Source of the DNA: Rhynchopus sp. YZ270_cl-10
Taxonomy: Eukaryota
DNA length: 64,000 nt
NCBI GenBank assembly: GCA_964035575.1
Contig: OZ037835.1
Location: forward strand, 62,001 to 126,000
Direction: 5' to 3'
Positions within the stretch are counted from its first letter, which is position 1. Every line of letters begins with the position of its first letter. Under the pieces are notes generated by a model. The model ran no database searches and had not been told where the DNA came from. It saw only the letters and a program-made list of their open reading frames with translations. Shown piece by piece: positions 13,501 through 25,900 of this stretch. The position numbers and the translations under genes are program-made.

Positions 13501-14290
13501 GTCTGCTGTTGTTGCTGGAGTTGTTGTTGTTGCTGCTATCAAAGCTGCAGCCGCTTAGGTTGTTGGGCACCAAAGGCCTCTTTTTGGGGTAATAATGGGG
13601 GGGAATGGGGGGACTGTTTCTGCTGGCGCTGCAGAAGTTGCTGTTGCAGCAGTTGCTGTTGCTGTTGGTGTTGGTGTTGCCATTGCTGTATTTGATGATG
13701 AAGCTCTTGTTGCAGCCGTTGCAGTTGCAGTAGTTGGAGCTGTTGCTGCTGCTCTTGCTGCTGTTGCTGAGGCAGTTGCTGTTGTTGTTGCTGTGGCAGT
13801 TGCCATTGCTGTTGTTGCTGTTGATGTTACTCTTGTTGCAGCTGTTGCATTTGCTGTAGGTGGAGCTGATGCTGTTGCTCTTGTTGCTGTTGCTGAGGCA
13901 GATGCTGTTGCTGTTGCTGTTGCTGTAGTAGTTGCCATTGCTGTAGTTGCTGATGTTGTAGCTCTTGTTGCGACCGTTGCAGTTGCTGTAGGTGGAGCTG
14001 ATACTGTTGCTCTTGCTGCTGTTGTTGCTGTTACTGCAGTAGTTGCCATTGCTGTTGTTGCTGTTGCTGTTGCTCTTGCTGCTGTTGCTGTAGCAGTTGC
14101 TGTTGTTGTTGCTGTTACTGCAGTAGCTGCCATTGCTGTTGTTGCTGTTGATGTTGCTCTTGTTGCAACCGTTGCAGTTGCTGTAGGTGGAGCTGATGCT
14201 GTTGTTCTTGCTGCTGTTGCTGTAGCAGTTGCTGTTGTTGCTGCCCACCACCAACACACATAGCACCCCCAGAAGGGCCTTCCTCCGCAT
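4567..14290 (-). pseudogene. Family-2 polyprotein (Ser/Asn-rich N-terminus, hydrophobic segment, OTU-like, Zn fingers, RT, CCHC-RLE, two further OTU-like + Cys-rich units), broken by a frameshifting deletion near 10357
   Basis: ORFs 10238-14290 and 4567-10374 join at GKILA|TPRGSE. Versus family 1 (GKILSARVRVPARTLLLRGNQVGVATARG), about 19-20 codons including the QxGV motif are missing. Confidence 0.85.
12930..14245 (-). repeat. CAG/CAA/AAC-rich low-complexity repeats encoding the Ser/Asn-rich N-terminus of family 2
   Basis: Degenerate trinucleotide repeats, in frame with the RT ORF. Confidence 0.9.
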
Positions 14291-14432
14291 ATTTTTTTTT
14301 CTCCTTTGTGAAAAAGGAAAACAAGTTGGAAAATAAAGGGCAAGAAAAAGGAGAAAAAAGCACTCAGACTGAACTGGCTTCTAAGCTCAGAGTGAGCAAA
14401 AATAAGCCTCAGAAACTGAGACCAGGTCTGCA

Positions 14433-14628
14433 CGTTCTTCTGTGCTGCTTCGTGGTGACAGGGACGCCTCGTGTAGGCGAGCACAGGAACTACCTGGGAA
14501 GAAAGCAGAACCGTTCCAGGGGTTCGTCTGGGTCTTCTAGCTCTTTCACAAGAGAATGCCTAGACGGCTTCTGGGGGAGGGGTAAAAAGAAAGGACAAGT
14601 GTGTTGTAATGTGTAAAAAATGGTCCCC
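14433..14628 (-). ncRNA. HDV-like self-cleaving ribozyme (minimal, no obvious P4) at the 5' end of family 2
   Basis: P1 GGGGAC/GUCCCU; P2 CUGUGCU/AGCACAG; P3 GCC/GGC; L3 UACACGA; P1.1 AC/GU; J4/2 CGAA; long J1/2. Confidence 0.7.
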
Positions 14629-14718
14629 TTGTAAAAAATGGTCCCCTTGTAAAAAATGGTCCCCTTGTAAAAAATGGTCCCCTTGTAAAAAATGGTCCCC
14701 TTGTAAAAAATGGTCCCC
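14613..14718 (-). repeat. Tandem array, 6 copies of GGGGACCATTTTTTACA(A) (18 nt period), at the element 5' end
   Basis: TGGTCCCC at 14621, 14639, 14657, 14675, 14693 and 14711. Confidence 0.95.
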
Positions 14719-14720
14719 AT

Positions 14721-15505
14721 AAAGTGAGAGTCACAGAGAGCGATGACGACCGTGGGAAGTTTCGCTTGGAAGCTCTCCGCGTACGACTTGGCGACTCTTT
14801 TGCTACCAGGGGTGATGCGCACGAGGGGGTTCTCTTCCGACGCCTGCACCACCACGATGTTGATGCGGGATGCTGTCGCGGTGAGCTGAAGCCCCAAGTG
14901 GTTGAGGTGGGCCTCGCCGGTCACACCATTGGCAAACTCCGTCATGGCCTCCTGCGACCCCAGCACCTGCACCAGGCGGTTCGACACCTCCACTGCTGTG
15001 TCATACAGCTGCTTGCGCATTGCCCTCACGTCCGGCTGCGTGTCGTGGTCCCAGAGGTGTAGTGCCACATAACCACAATCATTTGTGGACACGTTGGGGA
15101 TGCGTTTAGCTCCAAACTTCGCCAGAGTCGCGTCCACAGACACCGCTTGCTCTGTATACGCAGGAGCGTTCACGTTTGCGCACCCACCGGTCAACGCAAA
15201 CGGGGACAAGCTGATCGGGTGCTCCGGATCAGCAGGGGCAGGGCGCAGGTCCCAGGGCGTCACCGCTCGCCACAACAACGACAGCAAGACCAGTAGGGAC
15301 ACCACCAGCATGCCAAATGCCATCCCGATCCTACGAGTCCACCTGCGTGCTGCCACACGGCGCACCTCCAAGAGAAGAACCCAGCCAAGTGGGCGCGCGA
15401 CGCCGACCAGTGCCACAAAACCCGCCAAACAACCACCTGCGGACCATGCAACCCACACCCACTCGGCTGCACACACCGACAACTGACCCACCCCCATCAC
15501 ACTGG
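14721..15505 (-). mobile_element. 5' part of the interrupted, 5'-truncated family-1 copy
   Basis: Matches 23265-24049 (offset 8544). Joins the satellite through a TGG microhomology. Confidence 0.93.
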
Positions 15506-15965
15506 ATGAGCAACTATTTATTTAAAAAAATCGATTTTTTGGTCAAATCCCCCTGGTGGTGAGGGGGTGTGTGTGTGTGTGTGTGTGGGTGTGTGTGGGT
15601 GTGCTGTGTGTGGGTGTGTAGTGTGTGTGGTGTGGGTGGCGCACATCTCTATAGTAAAGACTAAAAAACTAAGGTTTTTTAGGATTTGGTGACGGGCTAA
15701 AAAACCTGTCGTTCTTGTGTGACACTTCCATGGAAACGTGATGAGGACCACACTTTTTTTACAGGTGGTTTTTTTTGTAAGGACCTCACACACTGGGCAG
15801 GCGGTCAGCTATTCGCTTCCCGCGGGGCGTTCGCGTGCGCGCTTCGCGCGCCCGCTCACGGTAACGCATCACAAAAAAACCTCACTCATGCCTTCATGAA
15901 CTGGCTTTTCAGGTGAAAAGTGCCCTGTTAAAAAGTGGTGTTTTTGTGGTACATGACAGATGGTC

Positions 15966-15969
<4 letters not shown>
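15503..15969. repeat. Modular satellite (modules A, B and start of C)
   Basis: Same modules recur at 28267-31660, 39837-41203 and 43782-44490. Confidence 0.9.
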
Positions 15970-16005
<36 letters not shown>

Positions 16006-16991
16006 TGTTGTTCAACTTAGCCCTAGGCTCGCTTTTTTTATCTACATCCAGTGACAGAGGGGGTACTTACTAGTCAAGCGAGTATGTAAACAGCTAGATG
16101 TCCAGACAAGGGCACTTTACTATTGTACTGGCAAGACAGTGCCTGAAAACACAGTTAGTGGCACTAAAATAGAAAGCATGTGGGACAACTACAACCAACA
16201 CTTCCCTGCAAATAAGCAAAAGGGTCGTATGTGAGTGCAATTTTTCCCAAAAGGAAAAGGGGAGGGGATGGGACGGGAGGGTTGCTCTGTCTACCGGTGT
16301 AGTTTTATTTTGCTTTGTCTTGGGGAGGGGAGGGGAGGAGAAGGAGGGGATTGAGTGAGCCGTTTCCTCTGTAACACACAAACAAATAAAAAGGAAGTTC
16401 CATAATCTTTTTAGTAGTTTTCTTTTTGGTGAAAATTTTTGAGAACTTCAGTAAGTGTGACCTGACCCGACTGACTGACACCCAAAGGGGAAAACAACAA
16501 TAACGCACAACAAAATCAACAACAACAATGGTGGGTCTCGTGCTTACCTGTGGTGGTTTTGAAAAATGAAAAATTGAAATTGACCTTCACAAGGTAAAAA
16601 TGAAAAACTAAAGGAGTGAAAAAAGGAACTCAAAGGACAAGAGTTCTGTACAAACTCTACTCTACTGCACAATCTATAAAAGTGGCCCAATGGCTCCTGA
16701 TGCCACTGGCCTGGCTCTTAGACAGGTCTTACTCCGAGACTGCCCTCTACCCTCAGAGCCTCGTCCAAGGGGTACGGGCCGTCGCTGGGGTAGACCCGTC
16801 CTAGCCAGCAGCCAACCAAAAATATTAACAAATAGGAAGGGGGGCGGAAAGGGGGGAAAGGGGGGGCAAACCCCAAAGGATGAAAAGAACAAAAAACACA
16901 AAATAAAAAGGGTTAAAAATAAACATGGGGCAAACTGTCATTCTCTACACGCTTCTACACACACACTCTCACCCTCTAACTCTCTAGCTCT

Positions 16992-19900
16992 CTAATTCTT
17001 TTTATTCCCCTTTTTCCCCTTCCTTCCTCCGCTCTGTCTCCCCTTCTGTCCACCACCGCGACCATTGCGCCCTCTCTGCACCTCCTGTGGCGAGAGCACA
17101 TGCTGCGTCGCTTGTGCCACTGCGTCGGTGAACACGTTCGACGTGTTGGACCTACCCTGAGCTGCATGGCGCTGGGGTCCTTTGGGAGCTGGGGAAGGAG
17201 CAGGTTGGGCGGAGGAGGTTGCATTGCCACGGCCTGCCGATGAGGAGGAGGAAGAAGTGGAGACTGCAGGTTGGGCGATGGAGGTTGTAGTGCCACGGCC
17301 TGCAGAGGTGGAGGAAGAAGAAGAAGAAGAGGAGGCTTGAGGTTGTCGGCCTATTCCCTCTCGAGCCGCTCGTGCCTCATTCTCCCTCCTTGTACTCTCC
17401 GCTGCAAAGGCCTGCCCCCTACTGCTCCGGTTGTCCGTCAGGGCATGCAACGTCGACTTTGCCTTGCACTTTTCCTTAACCGACCACTCATGCAAACCCA
17501 CCACCTTCATCACCTCATACCACTGAGTGAAAGTAGCGGTAGAGAGGGGGAGTGACAACAAGGGTCTGCCATCCTGTTTCTCTCCCTGACGGTAGTGGAA
17601 CAGGGAGATCCACTTCGTCACAGAAGAAGGCACCGGCGACCCCATGGTGAGGCACGGGAAAAGACCCCCCCTCTCCGTCCGCTCCTCCTCCGTCCACATC
17701 CAAGCCTCGCTCTGCGCCCTCAGCAATTCCCTCACCCTCGCTTGCTTCTTCTGGTCAGGGATGCCTTCCACTGACAGAGAATGCGAGCGATCCGCCCCCT
17801 CCCTCGCGGTGTCGAGGTCCTCCTCCTGCTCCTGCTCAGCATCATCCATCTCCTCCACCTTCACACGCACCTCGGTGTCTGCCGCCTCGGCCTGTCGCCC
17901 CACCTCCTCCTCCAGCTGATCCCGAGAAGGGGTTCCCCAGCTGACCCTGCCTTCCCGAACGACGATGACCGCGCTGGTCTTGCCCCAGGTGTCGCAATAT
18001 CCGGCCTCCCCTGCTATCTTCCTAACCGCCTGACGGGCGACCACCGACTCCGGGCAATCACCGTCCCCCTCCCCGTTCCCACTCCACGGCTGCTGTGTCG
18101 CCCAGCAGTACAGGAACTCGCCCGGGCACGGAGAAGCACCTTGAGGACCAAAGAGAGCCATCCAGTCGCCGACACAGTCAGGTTCGAGTCCTTCAGGGTC
18201 GTCGCCCACCGCTCTCCGCACCGCATGGCAGGGGAGGAATAGCCGCCCTTCGCACACCACCCCAAAGCACCGCCCGTATGCCACCATGCGTTCTGCCTCC
18301 AGCTGTCGGGAGAGGTTCACCGCCGTCAACAACAGAGTGGTCGCCTTCTGCTCCGACTCATGCTTAGCTGCGATGGCGTAATGCCTCTCGCAGCGTTGCC
18401 TGTCATACTCCGCCCGGAGCGACTCTCCTGCTTCGGGGTGCCGATCGCAGTCTTCCAAGTACTGCGCATGCATCTTCTTCGCGTCCTCTGCGAGTTCCCG
18501 CTTGTGCCTGGCGGTCAGCTCCTCCACACGATGCCTGTCCGCCGCCTTCGCCTGGTCCAGACGCACATTCTGTTCCTCCAGGAAACGACTCAACTCCTGC
18601 TGGCGGTCGCCAAAAGTGCCCCGAAGCGCGGCCAAATCCGGTCCCCACGACCGACGATGCTCCCGCCGTACCTCCAGGGCTTGCTGCCACGCGTCCGACG
18701 CACGCTGCAACGCTTCCTTCTTCTCCTGGTCCGCCTTTTGTTGTTGCTGCTTCTGCTGTTTCCGTTGCTTCTCGTGCTTCTGCTGCTTCTGTTCTGCCTG
18801 CTGCCCCTCTTCGCCCGCCATTGGCGTGTCTACCTCCTCGACGTCCTCGCCCTCGGGAGCTGGCACTGCTGGAGAAGGAGCCCGTTTAGGTGGTGGGTCT
18901 CCGCTCCCCTCCGCAGAGGCAGCCTGAGCCGGAACATTCGAGTGCAAAAAAGACAGGGCACTGAAGTATTCCGCCCTGCCAATTTGCGACAGAGGGCAGT
19001 GCTTGGACCCCTGAGCGCAGTGCAGACATGCCAAGCCACCACACGTGTGACAGCAGAAGTGTGCGTCCGACGCATCGAAGAGCTTGCTGCATTGTTCGCA
19101 CTGCAGGAAAGTGTTCGACGCCTCCGCCTCCCTCGCTCCCACAAAAGCCATGGGGCGCTCTGACTGGCACTCCCCCTTACCACCTGTGGCCTCAAAAGAC
19201 AGGATGTGCTGCTGCAGAGCCGGGTCCATGGTGAGGGGCTCGTAGTGTCCCGGGATACTGCCGGATCCATCTGCCGCATCCTGATCACCCGAGTGGAGGA
19301 GAAGGACCACTGCCTTAGGCCGTTTTCTTGGCACCATCAGAGAAGGGCGGGCGAACTCGTTGAGGATGACCACAGATACCTCAAGAGCCTCCCCTGCCCC
19401 CGCCACTGCAATGGCATCCGCCCACGTACGCTCGTCTCCTCTGTCCCCACTCGTCATCAGCCGCTGCCAGACCCCAAAATTAGGGACAGCCGCACTCGAC
19501 AGATCAGCGCGGCCCTGGACCTTCTTCACTGCCGCCTGGCGCAGACCCTCCACCGACAAATCCGTGCGCCCAGTGGCGAAGAGCAAAGCCTCAAAAGCAC
19601 AGTCCCCCGCCACAAACGACCAAGTCACCTTCGAGGCTCCCAGCTTGGCCGCCTGTTCCGTCGCCCGAGGCCTCTGCGCTGCCGGGCACTCACGCAAAAA
19701 CTCCCACTCACGCACCACATCGAGACCCGGCCCTTCCGGAATCACGGTAGCCGAATCGAACCTCCCGGTCCGCTTCCTCGGTGGCTCCACGTGGTCCGGC
19801 TTCACGTCCCTCTTGCGCTTCCCCTGCTGCTCCTCCGACCGGTCTGGAGCAGGACGACTCATATCGTCGTCAGGGTTCGCATCATCACAGAGAGGTTCCA

Positions 19901-22900
19901 CGGCCCCTGCACTGCGGCGTCCAAACCGGTCCATGTCCTCTGCAGACGGTGCCACATCTACCTCCACACACGGCTCCCGCTTCAGGGTGGCAATCCCTAC
20001 ACACATAGCACCCCGCTCCAGAAAGGAAGATGCGACCTTTTTCTGGTACGCCACCGCAATGCTCTCCCGGATGCGCAACTCTGCCGACCCTGTCAGGTGC
20101 GACGTCTGTCCCGTCGTCAGGCCTCCAAGCTGCGCAATCAAGAGGTTCGCCTCGTCGCCTGCACCCCCGAAGGCTTCAAACACAATAGGGGAGAACTTGG
20201 TATTGATCTTGTTCAAATCCCGCTCGTGCTTCTCCCGTTTGACCTGGCCCTGGTTCTTCGCCGACCAGCCCACAAACTTCGAGGCCCCTGTTCTGTAGGA
20301 AGGCAAGGTGGGGCACACGTGGGTGATGTCCAAACAACGAGGTCCATTTTCCGCCACTCCTACTGGGAGGTAGACGTCGCCTGGCCGCTTCTTCGACTCC
20401 AACTCCACTCGCACGGTCTCCTCCAAAGCAGGGTCCAAGCCCGCCCCTTGAGCAGCTCGGTACACCGAATCCCGCAAGGCGTTGTGGCGGGCGACGCGGT
20501 GTTTGGAGTAGGGGCAGCCAAAGGTGTGGTCGCCAAAGGAGTCCATGACAACCCTTTTCTGCCCCCCCTGACATGCCGAGCAAGTCGTTCCCTCCGCATG
20601 GATGGCCACCCCTAGTCGGAAACGGGTCACAACCGCAAAATCCGCTGAAGACATCTGGTTCCTTGCTGAGGGTGTCGCCGTGAGGTACGTCCCGGAAAGC
20701 GGCAGGAGAAGGGACTTCATCCGTGCTCGGTCTCGCATGCAGAGCTGTTGCATCAACTTGTCTGCCTGGGCGTCAATCACCGCAGATGACAGACTCTGCT
20801 GCTCCAGGATCTTCTTCGGCTGGGCCCTGTCCACGTGAAACGCCACCGGTACCCTGGAGTTGTACTCCTCAGCCGCGCTGTTCCATCTCTCCTCATCCCA
20901 GGTGAAGGCAGGGTCCAAGGCCTGCGACAGTTGCAGGTTCCCTGACTGAGAGGCGAGGGACGCAGCTGTCCGATGGTCCACGGTGCGACGGATACCCAGC
21001 CCCCCAAGCGCCACAGGAAGCGCCGCCTGCGCCCTTGCCAACTCCGGCAGCGCCCCATCCGGGTCATGCAGAAGCGCAGCCAGGCACCTGTCGATCAGGT
21101 CGTCAAAGGCCGTCAGGTACTCCGCGCACTGTGGGATCCCCCGCATGTAGAACACCATGCGGCAGTAGCCTTCGCAGTATCTCAGTACGTAGAAGGCTGC
21201 CTGGGAGTCCCCGAGGTCCACAAGGGCTTCCAGGTTGCGGCGGGAATCGTCCACCTTCTGGGCCATGTACTCCTCGCAGAAAGCCGCAGACCCAATGGGG
21301 ATGCCCAAGAAGTCGAACCCATCCACATCCAACAGCCGGAACCCGCCTTCACCCATGGCGTCCTGTCCACCCTCGTTCAACGTGAACCCCACGGCCTCGA
21401 GATCCTCCTTGGAGACGCCACCAGTGGAGATGAGCTCACACTTGTTCGCGTTCACCTCCAACCCCAGTTCGGAACTACGAGTGCACAGAACCTGGTACGC
21501 CTCAAAAACCGCCTTAGGGGACCCCCGCAGAGAGCCGTCATCGAGGTACCACAAAGTCCCATCCAGGCCTGGGTGCCCCTTCAGCTCTAGCGCCATCTGG
21601 TGGATGGTCAGGGAGAAGAGAAGCGGGCCCAAGGGATCTCCTTGTTGAGCTCCGCGCTGTGACCTTATGGTATCCCCACCATAAAACAGGCTGGAGGGCT
21701 CCAGGTAACACCATCGCACCCATGGGGCCAGCTCGGGGAGGTTGGCGTCGACCGCTCTTAGCATCGACAGGCGGTCTACGCAGTTGAACGCGTTACGGTA
21801 GTCAATTTTCAAAATGACTTTACCTTTTCCGCGGTTGCGCACGGCGTACTGCGAGATAACATCAGTCGCCACTGCCGCCCCCCTTGCCGTTGCCACCCCC
21901 ACCTGGTTCCCTCGAAGAAGAAGCGTCCTAGCAGGCACCCGCACTCGCGCCGACAGAATCTTTCCCACCAGTCTGCGGAGAGTGTCCCCAACCGCAATCG
22001 GACGCACGTCCTCCTCCAGGCCCGGCCCCTTTGCAGGCTTCCGGAGAGCCACCAAGTTAGCGCCGGCGAAGAACTCAGCCACCTCCACTGGAGCATTTCC
22101 TCGTGCCAAAGACGTCAACACTGCGGCCAGCGCTGCCAAAGTGCCCTTAGCCCGCCTCTGTAGGCAAAGTGTACGAAGGTGCGCGCCCGTCACGTTCGAG
22201 GGACCCGCCGCCGATGACTTCGGCATGCTCCGCAGGGCCTTCATCACCTCCACCACTGTCACCGGTGGGACCTCCTGAGGCTGGGGCCAATCCGCCTGCT
22301 CCAGGGCCTTGGAGTCGGCAGCGGCTGGGTGCTTCGTCTGAAGCTTTTCCAGCGTCGCCGGTGTCTGTGGGGCGAGGCCGTCGCTGGTAGCGCAAGACAT
22401 GGCCTGGCTCGGGAGTCCTGCTCTCGCTTTGGCGATGGTGCGCTTCCGTCTCCCTTCGTCAGTGTCCTCATCCGACCACCCAGAGGGCCTTGGCTTCCGC
22501 TCCTCTACCGTTTGCTCCCACAGGGCGACATACTGGCCAGCCTTCCAAGCCTCCAAGTCCTTCCCCCAGGTGCTCGTCAAACGTCGCTCCTGGTCCTTGC
22601 CCCCTCGTTCTGTCCGTGTCCGGTGCAACACAGTGAAGAACAGTGCAAGGCGCTTCCATGCCACCTCGTCTTGGTACTCAAGGATGTCCATAAGAACCCT
22701 CAGGAAGAGCTCGCTGTACAGCTGCAGGTGTTTGTCTGGGCACCCGCCCTTCAGCTGGATCCTGGTGGTCCCCATGACTTCAAAGGAGGGGAGGTCATCC
22801 TGATCTGTCAGCATTCCTCGACTGGAGGGAGACGGAGCGGTGAAGCCTTCTTCGCCAAAGTGCACCGTACAGGTGTTGCAGACCTCCTTGCTCTGCGGCA

Positions 22901-25900
22901 ATAGCATGTCGCACTGATCGTTCGCACAGCGCGACATGCCCAAGTGGCCCAACAGCTCGTCGGGGATGTACGCTCCATCCGCCTGGTGGCGACGCATATG
23001 CTGCAGCAAGCCCTTACGAGACAGGCCCCCGACCGCATCACTCGAAGACAAAATTCCCGCTCTGCATCCATCAAAGGGGCAGAACACCCGATCCGCATTG
23101 ATGTGCCCCAGCTTGGTAGCCAGGGGGGCGGTGGTGGTGGTGTTGGTGGGGATGATGCCATCCAAATGCGCTGTGTCCAGCACTGCCTGCCGAGCCTCCT
23201 TCCTCATCTTCTCTGCCATCCCCTCCTTGGTCTTCCCCACCACCGGGACAAGCTCCACTGCCTCAAAGTGAGAGTCACAGAGAGCGATGACGACCGTGGG
23301 AAGCTTCGCTTGGAAGCTCTCCGCGTACGACTTGGCGACTCTTTTGCTACCAGGGGTGATGCGCACGAGGGGGTTCTCTTCCGACGCCTGCACCACCACG
23401 ATGTTGATGCGGGATGCTGTCGCGGTGAGCTGAAGCCCCAAGTGGTTGAGGTGGGCCTCGCCGGTCACACCATTGGCAAACTCCGTCATGGCCTCCTGCG
23501 ACCCCAGCACCTGCACCAGGCGGTTCGACACCTCCACTGCTGTGTCATACAGCTGCTTGCGCATTGCCCTCACGTCCGGCTGCGTGTCGTGGTCCCAGAG
23601 GTGTAGTGCCACATAACCACAATCATTTGTGGACACGTTGGGGATGCGTTTAGCTCCAAACTTCGCCAGAGTCGCGTCCACAGACACCGCTTGCTCTGTA
23701 TACGCAGGAGCGTTCACGTTTGCGCACCCACCGGTCAACGCAAACGGGGACAAGCTGATCGGGTGCTCCGGATCCGCAGGGGCAGGGCGCAGGTCCCAGG
23801 GCGTCACCGCTCGCCACAACAGCGACAGCAAGACCAGTAGGGACACCACCAGCATGCCAAATGCCATCCCGATCCTACGAGTCCACCTGCGTGCTGCCAC
23901 ACGGCGCACCTCCAAGAGAAGAACCCAGCCAAGTGGGCGCGCGACGCCGACCAGTGCCACAAAACCCGCCAAACAACCACCTGCGGACCATGCAACCCAC
24001 ACCCACTCGGCTGCACACACCGACAACTGACCCACCCCCATCACACTGGCCCTCACCAAGCTGGCAGCCACTCGGATCCCTCCGGTCCATCGGCGCACTC
24101 GCTCGCTCGCCCCTTCCAGCCACCGCCATCCTCTCCGAACGCGGCACAGTCCCCGCAGCACACCCACCCCCAGCACCTCCGCGTCCCGAAAAAGCGCGCA
24201 ACCCAAAACATGTGGCGCTGACCTCCCAAGCTCAGACCCCACAAAAACCAGAACCCAGATGGCCACACACTGCAAAGCACCTCTCAACGCATCGGCGACC
24301 CTGATCCTGCGGAAAACTGGGTGCGCTGCCGGAGAGGGCGGACGATTGCAGGGCGCCTTGCGCCGACGGAGCCTGCCCGCCTGTGACTTGGTCCAGTTCA
24401 AGGACCGGTGTCCTCGTCGCGTCCTCCTGGTCCTCCTGCCCACTAGCCACAAAATGAGATGACTGAGGGTAGGGGCGCGTCTGTCCTTCCACAGATCCAG
24501 GACCGCGAACGACACAAACACTCCCCACTCAGGTGCCTCGACTACCCAGCAGGGGTCAGGTTGACGCAAGGAGGTGAAGACCTCCCAGAGGTTGCACCAC
24601 CAGTCGAACCAAAACTCTATCTGTACACACCCCTTTTGCCACACCCGCATCATCACACAGCCACTCTGTCCTTCTCGCCCCTCAAGGCTGACCCCGAACA
24701 CCAGCATACCTCGCTCACCACCCCCTAAGTTGTTGTTGCTGCGTCTGCTGTTGATGTTGGTGCTGCTGTTGGACCTGCTGTTGGAACTGCTGCTGCAGAA
24801 GTCTATGGAACTGCAGTTGAAACTGCTGTTGTGCCTGCTGTTGGAACTGCTGCTGGAACTGCTTTTGGAGACGCTGTTGGACCTGCTGTTGGAACCGCTG
24901 CTGCAGAAGTCTTTGGAACTGCTGTTAAAACTGCTGTTAAGCCTGCTGTTGGAACTGCTGTTGGACCTGCCGTTAGAGCTGCTGCCGCGGAAGTCCTTGG
25001 AACTGCTGATGAAACTGCTGTTGTGCCTGCTGTTGTGCCTGTTGCTGGAACTGCTTTTGGAAACGCTGTTGGAACTGCTGCCGCAGAAGCCATTGGAACT
25101 GCTGTTTAAACTGCTGTTGTGCCTGCTGCTGGAACTGCTTTTGGAAACGCTGTTGGAACCGCTGCTGCAGAAGTCTTTGGAACTGCTGTTAAAACTGCTG
25201 TTAAGCCTGCTGTTGGAACTGCTGTTGGACCTGCCGTTAGAGCTGCTGCCGCAGAAGTCCTTGGAACTGCTGATGAAACTGCTGTTGTGCCTGCTGTTGT
25301 GCCTGTTGCTGGAACTGCTTTTGGAAACGCTGTTGGAACTGCTGCCGCAGAAGCCATTGGAACTGCTGTTTAAACTGCTGTTGTGCCTGCTGCTGGAACT
25401 GCTTTTGGAAACGCTGTTGGAACCGCTGCTGCAGAAGTCTTTGGAACTGCTGTTAAAACTGCTGTTAAGCCTGCTGTTGGAACTGCTGTTGGACCTGCCG
25501 TTAGAGCTGCTGCCGCAGAAGTCCTTGGAACTGCTGATGAAACTGCTGTTGTGCCTGCTGTTGTGCCTGTTGCTGGAACTGCTTTTGGAAACGCTGTTGG
25601 AACTGCTGCCGCAGAAGCCATTGGAACTGCTGTTTAAACTGCTGTTGTGCCTGCTGCTGGAACTGCTTTTGGAAACGCTGTTGGAACCGCTGCTGCAGAA
25701 GTCTTTGGAACTGCTGTTAAAACTGCTGTTAAGCCTGCTGTTGGAACTGCTGTTGGACCTGCCGTTAGAGCTGCTGCCGCAGAAGTCCTTGGAACTGCTG
25801 ATGAAACTGCTGTTGTGCCTGTTGCTGGAACTGCTTTTGGAAACGCTGTTGGAACTGCTGCTGCAGAAGCCATTGGAACTGCTGTTTAAACTGCTGTTGT

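Larger units (their letters stand above)
2604..14718 (-). mobile_element. CRE-like (RT + restriction-like endonuclease) non-LTR retrotransposon family 2, full length, nested in a family-1 copy
   Basis: Poly(A) tail (T-run 2604-2638), ~1.2 kb 3' UTR, RT (QQGDPLGP, WYLDDG), CCHC (CNGC..DHTFSC..RHD) and RLE (KRPADV..ALDFT..K..KH..PMVFEAFGG) motifs, 5' ribozyme and GGGGACC array. Family-1 sequence flanks both sides. Confidence 0.92.

Noticed and set aside
14490..15500. 336 aa ORF with KGTIFY repeats as a gene
   Set aside because: Chance fusion of a truncated family-1 fragment with the family-2 5' array.
15725..15760. Hammerhead ribozyme or C/D snoRNA in module B (GAAAC, TGATGA)
   Set aside because: The CUGANGA core is incomplete and I could not build the required stems.
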